Assembly (NCBI GenBank): GCA_014750165.1 | Contig: GCA_014750165.1_4319.1 | Source of the DNA: a phage | Strand: one strand, 5' to 3' | DNA: 45,917 bases | Part shown: positions 9,315 through 18,176 of the stretch, piece after piece | Layout of the letters: each line of letters starts with the position of its first letter | How positions within the stretch are numbered: the first letter of the stretch is position 1 | The notes under the pieces: model-generated | The model's database searches: none | Told to the model about the DNA's origin: nothing | What the model saw: only the letters and a program-made list of their open reading frames with translations | Made by a program: the position numbers and the translations under genes

Positions 9315-12300
9315 ATGGCACAAATGATCAAAACAAACATGGGGCTTTTTGATATGGCTGAAGAGATTAAGATTTATGGTGCTAAGGGTGGTAGCCAGAA
9401 GCAGCACCAACCAGTGGAGCAAGAAGATAACCTAATTTCACTTAACAAGGTTAAGGTACTGCTTGCGGTTGCTGATGGTGAGGTTGACCCTAATTTCTCA
9501 ATGAAGGATTTATACCTTGCTGACGTTCCGGTGCAAAACCAGGATGGTAGCTACAACTATGAAGGTGTTCGTGCTGAGTTCCGCGCTGGCACGCAGTATC
9601 AGGATTATATCGCTGGCCTTGATGGTGCTAACTCAGAGATTCAGGCTTCCAGAGAAATTACGAACGATACCCCGTACATCATTGCGGTTAACAACACTCA
9701 GCTATCAGCAATTCGAGTTAAGCTATTTTGGCCTCGACTTGTCAAGCAGGAAAGTAACGGTGACCTGAACGGTACAACATGCGAGTATGCAATTGACCTA
9801 TCTGTTAATGGTGGTGCTTACCAGGAATACACTCGCGGAGTTGCTAACGGGAAGACAACTACAGGTTACGACCGCAGCATTCGTATAAACCTTCCGGCTG
9901 AATTTGATAGCGCTTTGGTTCGTATCCGCAAGATTACAGCAGATTCAACAAGTAGCACACTGGTAAACGGGATGCAGATTACAACCTATCAGGAAGTAAT
10001 TGACGCTAAATTCCGCTATCCGCTTACCGCCCTGGTTTATGTTGAGTTTGGTTCTGACTTGTTCCCTAACGGAATCCCGACAATCTCAATCAAGAAGCGC
10101 TGGAAGTTAATTCAGGTTCCTACAAACTACGACCCGGAGACAAGAACTTACAGCGGGACATGGAATGGCCTTTTCAAAATGGCGTGGTCAAATAACCCGG
10201 CATGGGTTTTATATGACTTAGTAACAAACCGACGTTACGGACTTGACCAAAGAGAATTGGGTGTAGAGATTGATAAGTGGGGTCTTTACGAAGCTGCGCA
10301 ATTTTGTGACCAGATGGTTCCTGATGGTAAGGGTGGAATGGAGCCGCGCTACCTGTGCGATATGGTTGTGCAGAACAAGGTTGAGGCTTACACGCTAATT
10401 CGTGATATCTGCTCAATCTTCCGTGGCCTGACTTTCTATGACGGCGAAAAGATTGGTATCGTGGTTGATAAGCCTCGCAATCCATCTTACATTTTCACAA
10501 ATGATAACGTTGTAAACGGATTATTCAGCCGCACCTTTGCCAGTGACAAGAGTCTTTACACTACCGCAAACGTCCAGTTTGATGATGTAGAGAACAACTA
10601 TCAACAAGATGTAGAGCCGGTATTTGAATTAGAGGCAACTCGTCGTTTTGGATTTAACCCTGTAGATTTAACTGCGATTGGCTGTACTCGCAGAAGTGAA
10701 GCAAACAGACGTGGCAGATGGCTCCTAAAAACCAACCTGAGAAGCGAAACTATCAGCTTCACTACCGGGTTGGAGGGTATGATTCCGATGATTGGCGAGG
10801 TGATTGCGGTTAATGACGCGGCATGGTCTAGCAACTATCAGTTAAACCTTTCAGGTCGTATTGAATCAGTTCAGGGATTGCAGGCTTTTACCCCGTTCAA
10901 AGTTGACGCAGCGCCGGGTGACAGAATTCTTCTGAACAAGCCAGACGGCAGCCCAGAGGCAAGAACTATTGCCAGCGTTTCGGAGGATGGTAGAACAATC
11001 AACCTTAACACTGCTTTCAGCTTTGTAGCTCAGCCTGATACTGTATTCGCAATCGATAAGGATAATCTGGCGCTTCAGCAGTATGTTGTGACCGGGATTC
11101 AAAAAGCAGATACTGACGGCTCAGATTCATTCCAGTATACGATTACCGCGGTGGAGTATGACCCTAACAAGTATGACGAGATTGACTACGGCGTTAACAT
11201 CGTTGATCGTCCGACTTCAATCGTAGAGCCTGACAGATTGTCGCCGCCTGAGAATTTAACAGTGTCAAGCTACAGTAAGGTTGTTCAGGGCTTGTCAGTC
11301 GAGACGATGGTAATTGGCTGGGACAAGGCTCCATACGCTAAAACATACAATATTCAGTGGAGGAAAGAAAATGGTAACTGGATTAACGTACCCAGAACAG
11401 CAAGTACAGAAGTTGATATTGAGGGCATTTACGCAGGAATCTATGACGTTAGGGTTCGCAGCGTATCAGATACTGAAAACGTGTCTGCCTGGTCTAGCGT
11501 TGTAACGGTATCGCTAACTGGCAAGATTGGTCGACCTTCGGCGCCTACGGTTATCACGGCTTCAACTGATGAGGTATTTGGCATCCGTGTTAAGTGGGGT
11601 TTCCCTGAGGGTTCTGGTGACACTGCTTACACCGAACTTCAGCAGGTTCCAGATAATGGTGATGGTACTTACAATGCTGATAACGCGAGCTTACTTACGC
11701 TGCTTCCGTATCCGGCGTATGAATACTGGCACACGCCAATTCAGCCAGGCAAGGTGATTTGGTATCGCGCAAGATTGATTGACAGAATCGGTAACACATC
11801 TGATTGGTCTAATTTCGCAAGAGGCATGAGTACTGACGATGCCAACATTATCAATGATTACATCAAGGTTGATATTGAAGGTTCTGAAGGATTCAAATAT
11901 CTCGAGCAGAATGCGATTCAAAAGAATCAGGACATTCAGAATCAGGCAGAATCAATTCTCGAGAACGCATTAGCTAATGATACTGATGTTCGCCGCATGA
12001 CAAGGGAGAACGGCAAACGCAAGGCTGAATATGTTCAGGCAGTGAATCTAATAGCTGATGAAACTCAGGCGCGAGTAGAGGCTCTCACAGCTCTTAAGGC
12101 GCAGATAGATGATGAAGTTGTAGCATCGATTACAGAAGTTCAGACAGCTCTAGCAACTGAGACGGAAGCAAGAACTACTGCAGACACGGCTCTATCAGCA
12201 AGATTGGGTGATAACGAGGCGGCCATAAACCAGAAGTTAGACGCATTCTCCAATGCGACATCTACTGGCGTGCAATACGGAATCAGTTTAGGTCTTAAAT

Positions 12301-12740
12301 ATAACGGCCAGACTTATTCATCCGGCATGAGCATGGAGCTAGTTGGCACTGGTGGAAACGTTCGCAGTCAGTTCATTTTTGACGCAAACAGATTCGCAAT
12401 CAGTAACGGCATTGGTTCTGGTTCCGGTCAGTGGCAGCTCCCCTTCGTTGTAGAGAACGGAAACGTAATCATCCAGAGCGCAGTAATTGGTGATGGCTCA
12501 ATCAGTAACGCGAAGATTGGTAACTTTATTCAGTCTAATAACTACGTACCAGGAACTACAGGTTGGAGGATTGATAAGTCAGGAAGTGCAGAACTAAGTA
12601 ACGCAACTGTAAGGGGGAATCTGTACGCAAATAACGGTAACTTCGCATTCAATGGAACAAACAATACTGTTCAGATTAACAACAATGGAATTACAGTAAA
12701 CTTACCGAATGGAGGCAGGGTTGTAGTTGGAGTGTGGTAA
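9315..12740 (+). CDS. host-specificity / central tail fibre protein (lambda gpJ-like)
   Basis: 1141 aa, occupies the gpJ position, and carries an FN3-like segment (PPENLTVSS...W). Confidence 0.9.
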   Translation: MAQMIKTNMGLFDMAEEIKIYGAKGGSQKQHQPVEQEDNLISLNKVKVLLAVADGEVDPNFSMKDLYLADVPVQNQDGSYNYEGVRAEFRAGTQYQDYIAGLDGANSEIQASREITNDTPYIIAVNNTQLSAIRVKLFWPRLVKQESNGDLNGTTCEYAIDLSVNGGAYQEYTRGVANGKTTTGYDRSIRINLPAEFDSALVRIRKITADSTSSTLVNGMQITTYQEVIDAKFRYPLTALVYVEFGSDLFPNGIPTISIKKRWKLIQVPTNYDPETRTYSGTWNGLFKMAWSNNPAWVLYDLVTNRRYGLDQRELGVEIDKWGLYEAAQFCDQMVPDGKGGMEPRYLCDMVVQNKVEAYTLIRDICSIFRGLTFYDGEKIGIVVDKPRNPSYIFTNDNVVNGLFSRTFASDKSLYTTANVQFDDVENNYQQDVEPVFELEATRRFGFNPVDLTAIGCTRRSEANRRGRWLLKTNLRSETISFTTGLEGMIPMIGEVIAVNDAAWSSNYQLNLSGRIESVQGLQAFTPFKVDAAPGDRILLNKPDGSPEARTIASVSEDGRTINLNTAFSFVAQPDTVFAIDKDNLALQQYVVTGIQKADTDGSDSFQYTITAVEYDPNKYDEIDYGVNIVDRPTSIVEPDRLSPPENLTVSSYSKVVQGLSVETMVIGWDKAPYAKTYNIQWRKENGNWINVPRTASTEVDIEGIYAGIYDVRVRSVSDTENVSAWSSVVTVSLTGKIGRPSAPTVITASTDEVFGIRVKWGFPEGSGDTAYTELQQVPDNGDGTYNADNASLLTLLPYPAYEYWHTPIQPGKVIWYRARLIDRIGNTSDWSNFARGMSTDDANIINDYIKVDIEGSEGFKYLEQNAIQKNQDIQNQAESILENALANDTDVRRMTRENGKRKAEYVQAVNLIADETQARVEALTALKAQIDDEVVASITEVQTALATETEARTTADTALSARLGDNEAAINQKLDAFSNATSTGVQYGISLGLKYNGQTYSSGMSMELVGTGGNVRSQFIFDANRFAISNGIGSGSGQWQLPFVVENGNVIIQSAVIGDGSISNAKIGNFIQSNNYVPGTTGWRIDKSGSAELSNATVRGNLYANNGNFAFNGTNNTVQINNNGITVNLPNGGRVVVGVW

Positions 12741-12746
12741 ATGACT

Positions 12747-12772
12747 AGGCCCCTGAAGGGGCCTTTTCTTTT
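12747..12772 (+). terminator. intrinsic terminator at a convergent junction
   Basis: AGGCCCC-TGAA-GGGGCCT followed by TTTTCTTTT. Confidence 0.65.
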
Positions 12773-13733
12773 AGTAGAAGTTTGGAATAAATGGAAGTGC
12801 CATTGATATATTTGTGTCAAAAGGAAACTGAGCGCCTGTCTGAGTTGAGTAGTTACCTATTACAGATCCAGGAACAGCCCTAACGGAGCCACCAGACATA
12901 CAAACTCCCTTGTATCGTAAGTTGTTATACCCTCCGGTAACTCTAGTCGTAGCGCCGCACCTAAGTAGCGGGAAGAAACCACCATTTATTGACTGATATC
13001 CATTGCTTATTTGTATAAATCCACCAAGAACGAATGGTCGTCTAACGCTTGAAAAAACAATCTGACCAGAACTATTTGACATTGTGAGCCCTGGTCCTGC
13101 TGGTGGCGGTTCATTCCTGAATATCACTAACTGAACGTAAGTGCTTGCCGCCACGTCATCTATGCCACCATAGTTTACATCACGGCACCATATTGTACTA
13201 CCATCACTCTCCAGCGACACATTTGGGTTATCCCACTTACCAAATGGTATTCCGCTAACCGGTAGCGATGCTGCCCCGTTAACCTGTATTCCTCCAACCC
13301 ATGCTGCTGACATTAGTCTCGAGTTGCTTGATATGGCAAGGAAATCAGTTGAGTTCTCAACGAGTATGCCTGGACTTGATGAAGATGAAGCCGGTAGTAT
13401 CTCAAAGCAATTACCAGCAAAGTCAATTATTCTACCATTAGCACCATTGAAGTTGCTGAGCGTTATCCTGCCAGTTCCGTCATTTACCTTTTGAAACCCG
13501 TTCATGTAATAAACTTCGGGTATAACATCGTAAGCGTCAACGTGGACTGCCTTCGTTGGTAGGCAGAAAGCCGTAGAACCAGGTGACATTGTCAATCCAA
13601 AATCCCACGATATTGCTGGTGTTGAAAGTCCATTGGTATTTATTGATCCAGTCACAGCAGGTGCCCTTAATCCTGCCGTGATTTCCATCGCTGGTCTTCC
13701 GTCATTGAGGTCAATCAATATACCCTGCGGCAT
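12771..13733 (-). CDS. hypothetical Gly/Ser/Asn-rich protein, translationally coupled to the cor-like gene
   Basis: ATG 13733 overlaps the upstream stop (TAATG), and the AAGGAG RBS lies inside the cor-like 3' end. 320 aa with no motif I can name. Confidence 0.6.
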   Translation of the reverse strand: MPQGILIDLNDGRPAMEITAGLRAPAVTGSINTNGLSTPAISWDFGLTMSPGSTAFCLPTKAVHVDAYDVIPEVYYMNGFQKVNDGTGRITLSNFNGANGRIIDFAGNCFEILPASSSSSPGILVENSTDFLAISSNSRLMSAAWVGGIQVNGAASLPVSGIPFGKWDNPNVSLESDGSTIWCRDVNYGGIDDVAASTYVQLVIFRNEPPPAGPGLTMSNSSGQIVFSSVRRPFVLGGFIQISNGYQSINGGFFPLLRCGATTRVTGGYNNLRYKGVCMSGGSVRAVPGSVIGNYSTQTGAQFPFDTNISMALPFIPNFY

Positions 13734-13978
13734 TATTTCCACTCCTTACTGCCGTGATCTGCAACAGAACCGCCGTAACCTCCGCCAGCTTTACTTTCAA
13801 TGCCAGCGTATCGAATATCAACCTCACCAGCAGGAACAACTACACCGCCTTTCCACTTAGCTACGCACACGCCGTTTGCTTGCGTTGCACACCAACCGTC
13901 CGGTCGAGGACCAGAAGAACAACCAACTGCCATGATTACTGCCGCTGCGATGATTGCTGATTTGATTAAGTTAGTCAT
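13733..13978 (-). CDS. cor: Cor-like superinfection-exclusion lipoprotein (putative)
   Basis: 81 aa with a signal peptide and lipobox (IMAVG-C). Size and its location next to the J gene match cor of T1/phi80/N15-type phages. Confidence 0.55.
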   Translation of the reverse strand: MTNLIKSAIIAAAVIMAVGCSSGPRPDGWCATQANGVCVAKWKGGVVVPAGEVDIRYAGIESKAGGGYGGSVADHGSKEWK

Positions 13979-13997
13979 TTTGTATTCCTTATTAAGT

Positions 13998-14064
13998 GCG
14001 TTTCGTTTCGATGGAGTAATAGTATCGCATCCTTGCGATCAGTGTTTAGCAATTAGTGCTATTC
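13998..14064 (-). promoter_or_regulatory. box/-10/leader cassette
   Basis: Minus strand reads AATAGCACTAATTGCTAAAC, 22 nt (ATCGCA..TGCGAT hairpin), TACTAT, then CCATCGAAACGAAACGC. Confidence 0.6.
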
Positions 14065-14696
14065 GCCAAAAATACAGCTCTTGCAAATCCACGAGGTGTA
14101 AGACTGCGAATTACCTTTGTTTTCTTGCTCTTCCCGCCTAGCTTCTTGTGCTGGTCTGAGTATCCATCATTAACGTCAACTGGTGAGGCATGAGGCCATT
14201 TAAACCCATTGCCAGACCAAATGCACGTCTTCTTAGGATATGCGTCTCTTGGCTTTATTAGGTCGCTAAAAAACGGGTGTAAATCATCTTCCGGCAAATA
14301 GCCTCCGTATTCGTAAGGGTGAAACGTGTTATCAGGTTTACGCCAGAGCGATGACAGCACGCTGACTGGGTTCTCAATCATGTATGGAACTCCGTATTTT
14401 TCAGCCAGTTTAAAAGCAACCTTGCAAGTCTCTGCCGCCTCAATTTGGAAGTTTTGGTTGGCTAGGCGCTTACGCTCAAAGTGTGCTGCCCCGCTCACGG
14501 CTAAATCCGTACAGGGCGGGAATGCCATGATAAAATCAGGCTTCACATCAAAATCAAAACTGGAATCTATCCAGGCGTTAACGTATGTAATGTTCTCATG
14601 TTCAACTCTTGCGTTTAAGTAGCTATAGCTCCCGTGGTCAGACTCATCAAAGTTGAAGCAGTAGCAAGTGTGACCAGCTTCAGCCCAATCCTTCAC
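14046..14696 (-). CDS. DNA (cytosine-5) methyltransferase, short form
   Basis: AFPPCTDLAVSG matches motif IV (PC) and MIENPVS matches motif VI (ENV). The SAM motif I (SLFDGSG) lies in frame upstream of the GTG at 14696, so the real start is probably near 14735. The protein ends in box-encoded NSTNC. Confidence 0.7.
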   Translation of the reverse strand: MKDWAEAGHTCYCFNFDESDHGSYSYLNARVEHENITYVNAWIDSSFDFDVKPDFIMAFPPCTDLAVSGAAHFERKRLANQNFQIEAAETCKVAFKLAEKYGVPYMIENPVSVLSSLWRKPDNTFHPYEYGGYLPEDDLHPFFSDLIKPRDAYPKKTCIWSGNGFKWPHASPVDVNDGYSDQHKKLGGKSKKTKVIRSLTPRGFARAVFLANSTNC

Positions 14697-14744
14697 AGCT
14701 AGACCAGAACCATCAAATAAAGACCAGATAACTATTTTTAAATC

Positions 14745-14810
14745 CTCGTTAGTTTAAGTGCGGCGATTATACCGCACAGAATTTATTGTTCTTTAGCAAT
14801 TCGTGCTATT
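14745..14810 (-). promoter_or_regulatory. box/-10/leader cassette
   Basis: Minus strand reads AATAGCACGAATTGCTAAAG, 22 nt (GTGCGG..CCGCAC hairpin), then TATAAT (14771..14766). Confidence 0.6.
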
Positions 14811-15453
14811 TCTTTTCCAGCAGCAGCTTGATGTCAATGCCGAGATTATTCTCAATCAATCCGGTCAGCGCATCATTCTTTTCTTTAAGGGCGAAGCATT
14901 GGGCTTCATATTTAAATCTCTCCTCCATCTCATCCGATCGACTAACCCAACATTGTCTAGCCTCACAAGCCAGCATATCGAGCTTTTCATCGGTATTCTT
15001 ATCCATGAGTAAAATCTCATTTATTCTTTGCTCTGCAACAATTCGCTGGCTCAGGTGTGCATTTTGCGCATTAGCCACACCAAGCATCATTCGAGCCTCT
15101 TTTAACTCATCAATGCTTACCATCTGGCTGATTACTTCTGCTTGCTTTTTAACTAATGCCTCCAGCTCATGAAGTCGACGGATTACTTTGTGTCGAAGCA
15201 CGACACTGTAGCCAGTGATTAGCGTTTCAGTGAGTTCCTTGTTGAGTAAAATCTCAGATGTATAGCCTCGATTGTCTGTAAGTAGTTGATAATCATCATG
15301 CCCCAAATCTGGGGCATCGTTATAATGTAACAATTCATTGATCATTTCCTTTGTGTCGCGAACGACGTGATCATGACGTTTGCCGGTTAACTCTGCGATT
15401 TCCTTTGTGCTCATCATGGTTTTTGGTTGTTCTTTGTACGCTTTAATGTTCAT
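14806..15453 (-). CDS. Rha-family phage regulatory protein
   Basis: STKEIAELTGKRHDHVVRDTKEMI matches the Rha N-terminal domain pattern. ATG 15453 preferred over the track start 15534. The stop TAG lies inside the box. Confidence 0.75.
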   Translation of the reverse strand: MNIKAYKEQPKTMMSTKEIAELTGKRHDHVVRDTKEMINELLHYNDAPDLGHDDYQLLTDNRGYTSEILLNKELTETLITGYSVVLRHKVIRRLHELEALVKKQAEVISQMVSIDELKEARMMLGVANAQNAHLSQRIVAEQRINEILLMDKNTDEKLDMLACEARQCWVSRSDEMEERFKYEAQCFALKEKNDALTGLIENNLGIDIKLLLEKK

Positions 15454-15519
15454 TTTAATCTCTCTATATGTTTTGACTTCGAAAATTTCGTATTCAAGCA
15501 GCACCATTGCCGCCATGAG

Positions 15520-15568
15520 CCTAAATATACCCAAAGATACCCAGTTGTCTTTAGCAAATCGTGCTATT
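15520..15568 (-). promoter_or_regulatory. box/-10 cassette
   Basis: Minus strand reads AATAGCACGATTTGCTAAAG, 22 nt, then TATATT (15529..15524). Confidence 0.55.
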
Positions 15569-15665
15569 TATAGCCAATTTCACCATAAATCACGGTTACA
15601 CGTAACCGATGTAACTCGATGTATACAATCTCATCCGCGGAAAATGATATACGCGCTGTTACGCC

Positions 15666-15938
15666 AATTTACGCAACAGTTACATTAAAATATCTATATA
15701 TATCAACCTTTTACTCTTATTATTATTATTATATATATTACTGTGTATATCATGTAACTACTTCTATAGAGTGTTCCGGTTATAATTTTAATATCATGTG
15801 ATTTTATACAGTATTGCACGGCAGCTATACCAATGCACCATCAGCAATAAATGATATACACGATATACACGCCGGTTACATTGAGCTATAGCTGGGCTTA
15901 GATGCCAAAAAACGTAACTAATGGCAATACCTACACGG
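15666..15938 (+). repeat. control-region repeat, copy A
   Basis: Collinear with 35031..35299. A 93-nt AT-rich core (15666-15758, including (TAT)n) aligns at roughly 85 percent identity. A second block (15877-15938) includes the start of ORF 15902. Confidence 0.8.
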
Positions 15939-16252
15939 AATTACAAGGATTCACGCGTAAACTTAAATCAACGATTGGCAAAACCAATTGGACTGGCTAC
16001 GGTGACGAATATATAGTTAACCCATCGAAAGCAAGCAACCAGAGAGATATAGAAATGGTAAAGAAGATAGATTTGTACTCAGCTCACACCGTAATACTGC
16101 CTAGCTATGCTCCGGTTTTTATTGGTGTAACTTACGAAATAGCTCTTAAATTATGCGAGTCATCATATGGTAAAGACTGGAAAAATAAATCAATTAGAAT
16201 AGAAAAGACAACTAAAGAGCATATCGAAATCATCGTGGGGTTGCAAAAATGA
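15902..16252 (+). CDS. hypothetical protein (first rightward gene)
   Basis: 116-aa ORF at the strand switch. Confidence 0.6.
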   Translation: MPKNVTNGNTYTELQGFTRKLKSTIGKTNWTGYGDEYIVNPSKASNQRDIEMVKKIDLYSAHTVILPSYAPVFIGVTYEIALKLCESSYGKDWKNKSIRIEKTTKEHIEIIVGLQK

Positions 16253-16443
16253 CATACTACATTATCAAAGAGAAAAACAACGCACTGTTCGGCGACTGCT
16301 ACTTTGGTGGTCCGGCTGGGTACACAACAGATAAGAGCGAGGCTGACAGATTCGAGACGAAAGAAGAAGCCCGTGATGTACTGACCGGTTACTTCACTGA
16401 AGAAGATTTGAAGTCTGTTAAAGTGGTTAAGATCAAGGGGTGA
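16249..16443 (+). CDS. hypothetical protein
   Basis: ATGA start/stop overlap with the upstream gene; 64 aa. Confidence 0.6.
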   Translation: MTYYIIKEKNNALFGDCYFGGPAGYTTDKSEADRFETKEEARDVLTGYFTEEDLKSVKVVKIKG

Positions 16444-16446
16444 GTT

Positions 16447-17412
16447 ATGAGATTTAAGGTTTTTACTCGAGAGGAACTAAGCAACGAGGCTTACCACTCA
16501 GAGACTGAACACATCTCCGGCAGCTCACTTGTTGAGATTATCCAGGGCTCACCAGCTAAGTGGAAATTCAAACAACGTAACAATGATAGCAAGGCTCTTA
16601 AGTTTGGCACACTAAGCCACACGATGATTCTCGAGCAAGATGTATTCGACAAGGAGTATCTTCGAGCTACAGATCTTGATGCGATTGAAGGATTAATTAC
16701 AAGTCAGACCGGATTGGCCTCAGCACTTAAAAAAGTTGGTGTAGCTGGCACGTCCGGTAAGGGGTATAGCGAGCTAGTAGAGATGATGCATCGCTCTGGT
16801 GAGGATTGGCCTGTTAAGTGGCTAATTGAGCAGCAGGAGAGCGCTCAGGCGCTCGTGGAGGGTAAAGAGCTAGTTAGTGCAGCGGACTATGACAAAGTGG
16901 TAGCGATGCGTGAGGTTCTTTGCAACATTCCAGCATATGATGCAATCGTGAACAGCGAGACGGCGCAGAAAGAGCTATCAATCTTCGGTGAGATTCTAGG
17001 TGTTGGCGTTAAGATTCGAATCGACCATGTTGATGTTGTTGATGGAGTCGTTCGGATCACAGATTATAAAACTACCGCAGACGCTAGCCCGGAAGGATTT
17101 GGTAAGTCGGCTTTTAATCACGGATACCTTGCAAAAATGGCGCTTCAGCGCGACCTGTTTGTGAAGGCATTCAACGAGAAGAGAAAGGTTATTGTAGGAT
17201 TGCTGGCGCAGGAGAAGGTAGAGCCATATTTACCAATGCTGTACACCTTGACGGACGAACAGCTACGAATTGGTCGTCTCCAGTATCTTGAGGCGCTCGC
17301 CACTTACAAGAAGTGCAAGGAGCTAGATATCTGGCCTGGATATTCGAACGGCATTACAGAGCAAGAATTGATGATTCCTGAGTGGGCGTTAAAACAATAT
17401 AAAGAAATCTAA
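16447..17412 (+). CDS. PD-(D/E)XK exonuclease (RecE/YqaJ-like)
   Basis: IRIDHVD...RITDYKT matches a D..D/E-x-K nuclease core. Adjacent to an annealase and SSB. Confidence 0.7.
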   Translation: MRFKVFTREELSNEAYHSETEHISGSSLVEIIQGSPAKWKFKQRNNDSKALKFGTLSHTMILEQDVFDKEYLRATDLDAIEGLITSQTGLASALKKVGVAGTSGKGYSELVEMMHRSGEDWPVKWLIEQQESAQALVEGKELVSAADYDKVVAMREVLCNIPAYDAIVNSETAQKELSIFGEILGVGVKIRIDHVDVVDGVVRITDYKTTADASPEGFGKSAFNHGYLAKMALQRDLFVKAFNEKRKVIVGLLAQEKVEPYLPMLYTLTDEQLRIGRLQYLEALATYKKCKELDIWPGYSNGITEQELMIPEWALKQYKEI

Positions 17413-17479
17413 ATAGCACGAATTGCCAAAACAAAGCGGGATGACTTAGGTATAGTTATCCCATCAACAACGAACGAGG
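17413..17479 (+). promoter_or_regulatory. box/-10/leader cassette
   Basis: ATAGCACGAATTGCCAAA, 22 nt (GGGAT..ATCCC hairpin), TATAGT (17451-17456), then CCATCAACAACGAACGAGG. Confidence 0.6.
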
Positions 17480-17485
17480 TTAAAG

Positions 17486-18136
17486 ATGCAAATTTCAGAA
17501 TCATGCAAATCAATTTTAAACGCGCTTCACACCGCTAAATCGCTATTTGCTAAGGCTGAGAAGTCTAAGCAGAACTCACACTTAAAGAACAAGTACGCCA
17601 CCTTAGAAGACGTGCTAGCGGCCGTTGAGCCAGGCTTAGATGAGTGTGGCTTGGTTATGTTCCAGAGCGTGCTTGATGATGAACAAACCAACCGTATGAA
17701 GGTTGAGACAAAACTGTTTCATGCTGAATCTGGAGAGTGGGTTAGCTTCTTGATGATAGTCCCAATCAGTAAGAATGATGCTCAAGGTTACGGATCTGCG
17801 CTTACATACGCTCGTCGCTACGGAATCACAGCAGCCTTAGGCCTTAGCCAGGCAGATGATGATGGCAATCTGGCAGCCAAGGGTGTTAAAGACTTTAAGC
17901 GAGAACTTGAGAAGTGTAATACGCTCGATGAGCTTCGTAACGTTTGGAAGGATGCTAAGCAATCACTTGATGCGGCAGGATGGAAGGTTTTCGAGCCTCA
18001 TATTATCGAGCGAAAAGCAGAGATTGAAGCAAACGCAGCAACTGGCTTCAACCCAGCAACACCAAAGAGAGTCGCAGAAAAAAGTAGTCCTGAAGAAAAG
18101 ATTGAAGTAGAATCACAACAAATCGACACATTCTAA
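17486..18136 (+). CDS. Erf-like single-strand annealing protein
   Basis: KNKYATLEDVL...GYGSALTYARRYGITAALGL fits the ERF-family pattern. Confidence 0.75.
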   Translation: MQISESCKSILNALHTAKSLFAKAEKSKQNSHLKNKYATLEDVLAAVEPGLDECGLVMFQSVLDDEQTNRMKVETKLFHAESGEWVSFLMIVPISKNDAQGYGSALTYARRYGITAALGLSQADDDGNLAAKGVKDFKRELEKCNTLDELRNVWKDAKQSLDAAGWKVFEPHIIERKAEIEANAATGFNPATPKRVAEKSSPEEKIEVESQQIDTF

Positions 18137-18176
18137 TTTAAGAGGGGCTTCGGCCCAAACAATAGAGAGATAAAAC

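Noticed and set aside
13754-14141. Plus-strand ORFs 13633..13860, 13754..13960 and 13800..14141 overlapping the cor-like gene.
   Set aside because: They are antisense to a cassette-driven, RBS-supported lipoprotein gene and have no start context of their own.
15700-15745. The (TAT)n / TATATA tracts, considered as a CRISPR array or other spaced repeat.
   Set aside because: They are simple microsatellite-like AT runs inside the duplicated control region. There is no repeat-spacer periodicity anywhere in the window.
15619-15801. ORF encoding ..YYYYYIYY.. in control-region copy A, and ORFs 34814..35017, 35058..35264 and 35114..35302 in copy B.
   Set aside because: They are translations of AT-rich (TAT)n low-complexity DNA, have no RBS, and are not conserved as frames between the two repeat copies.
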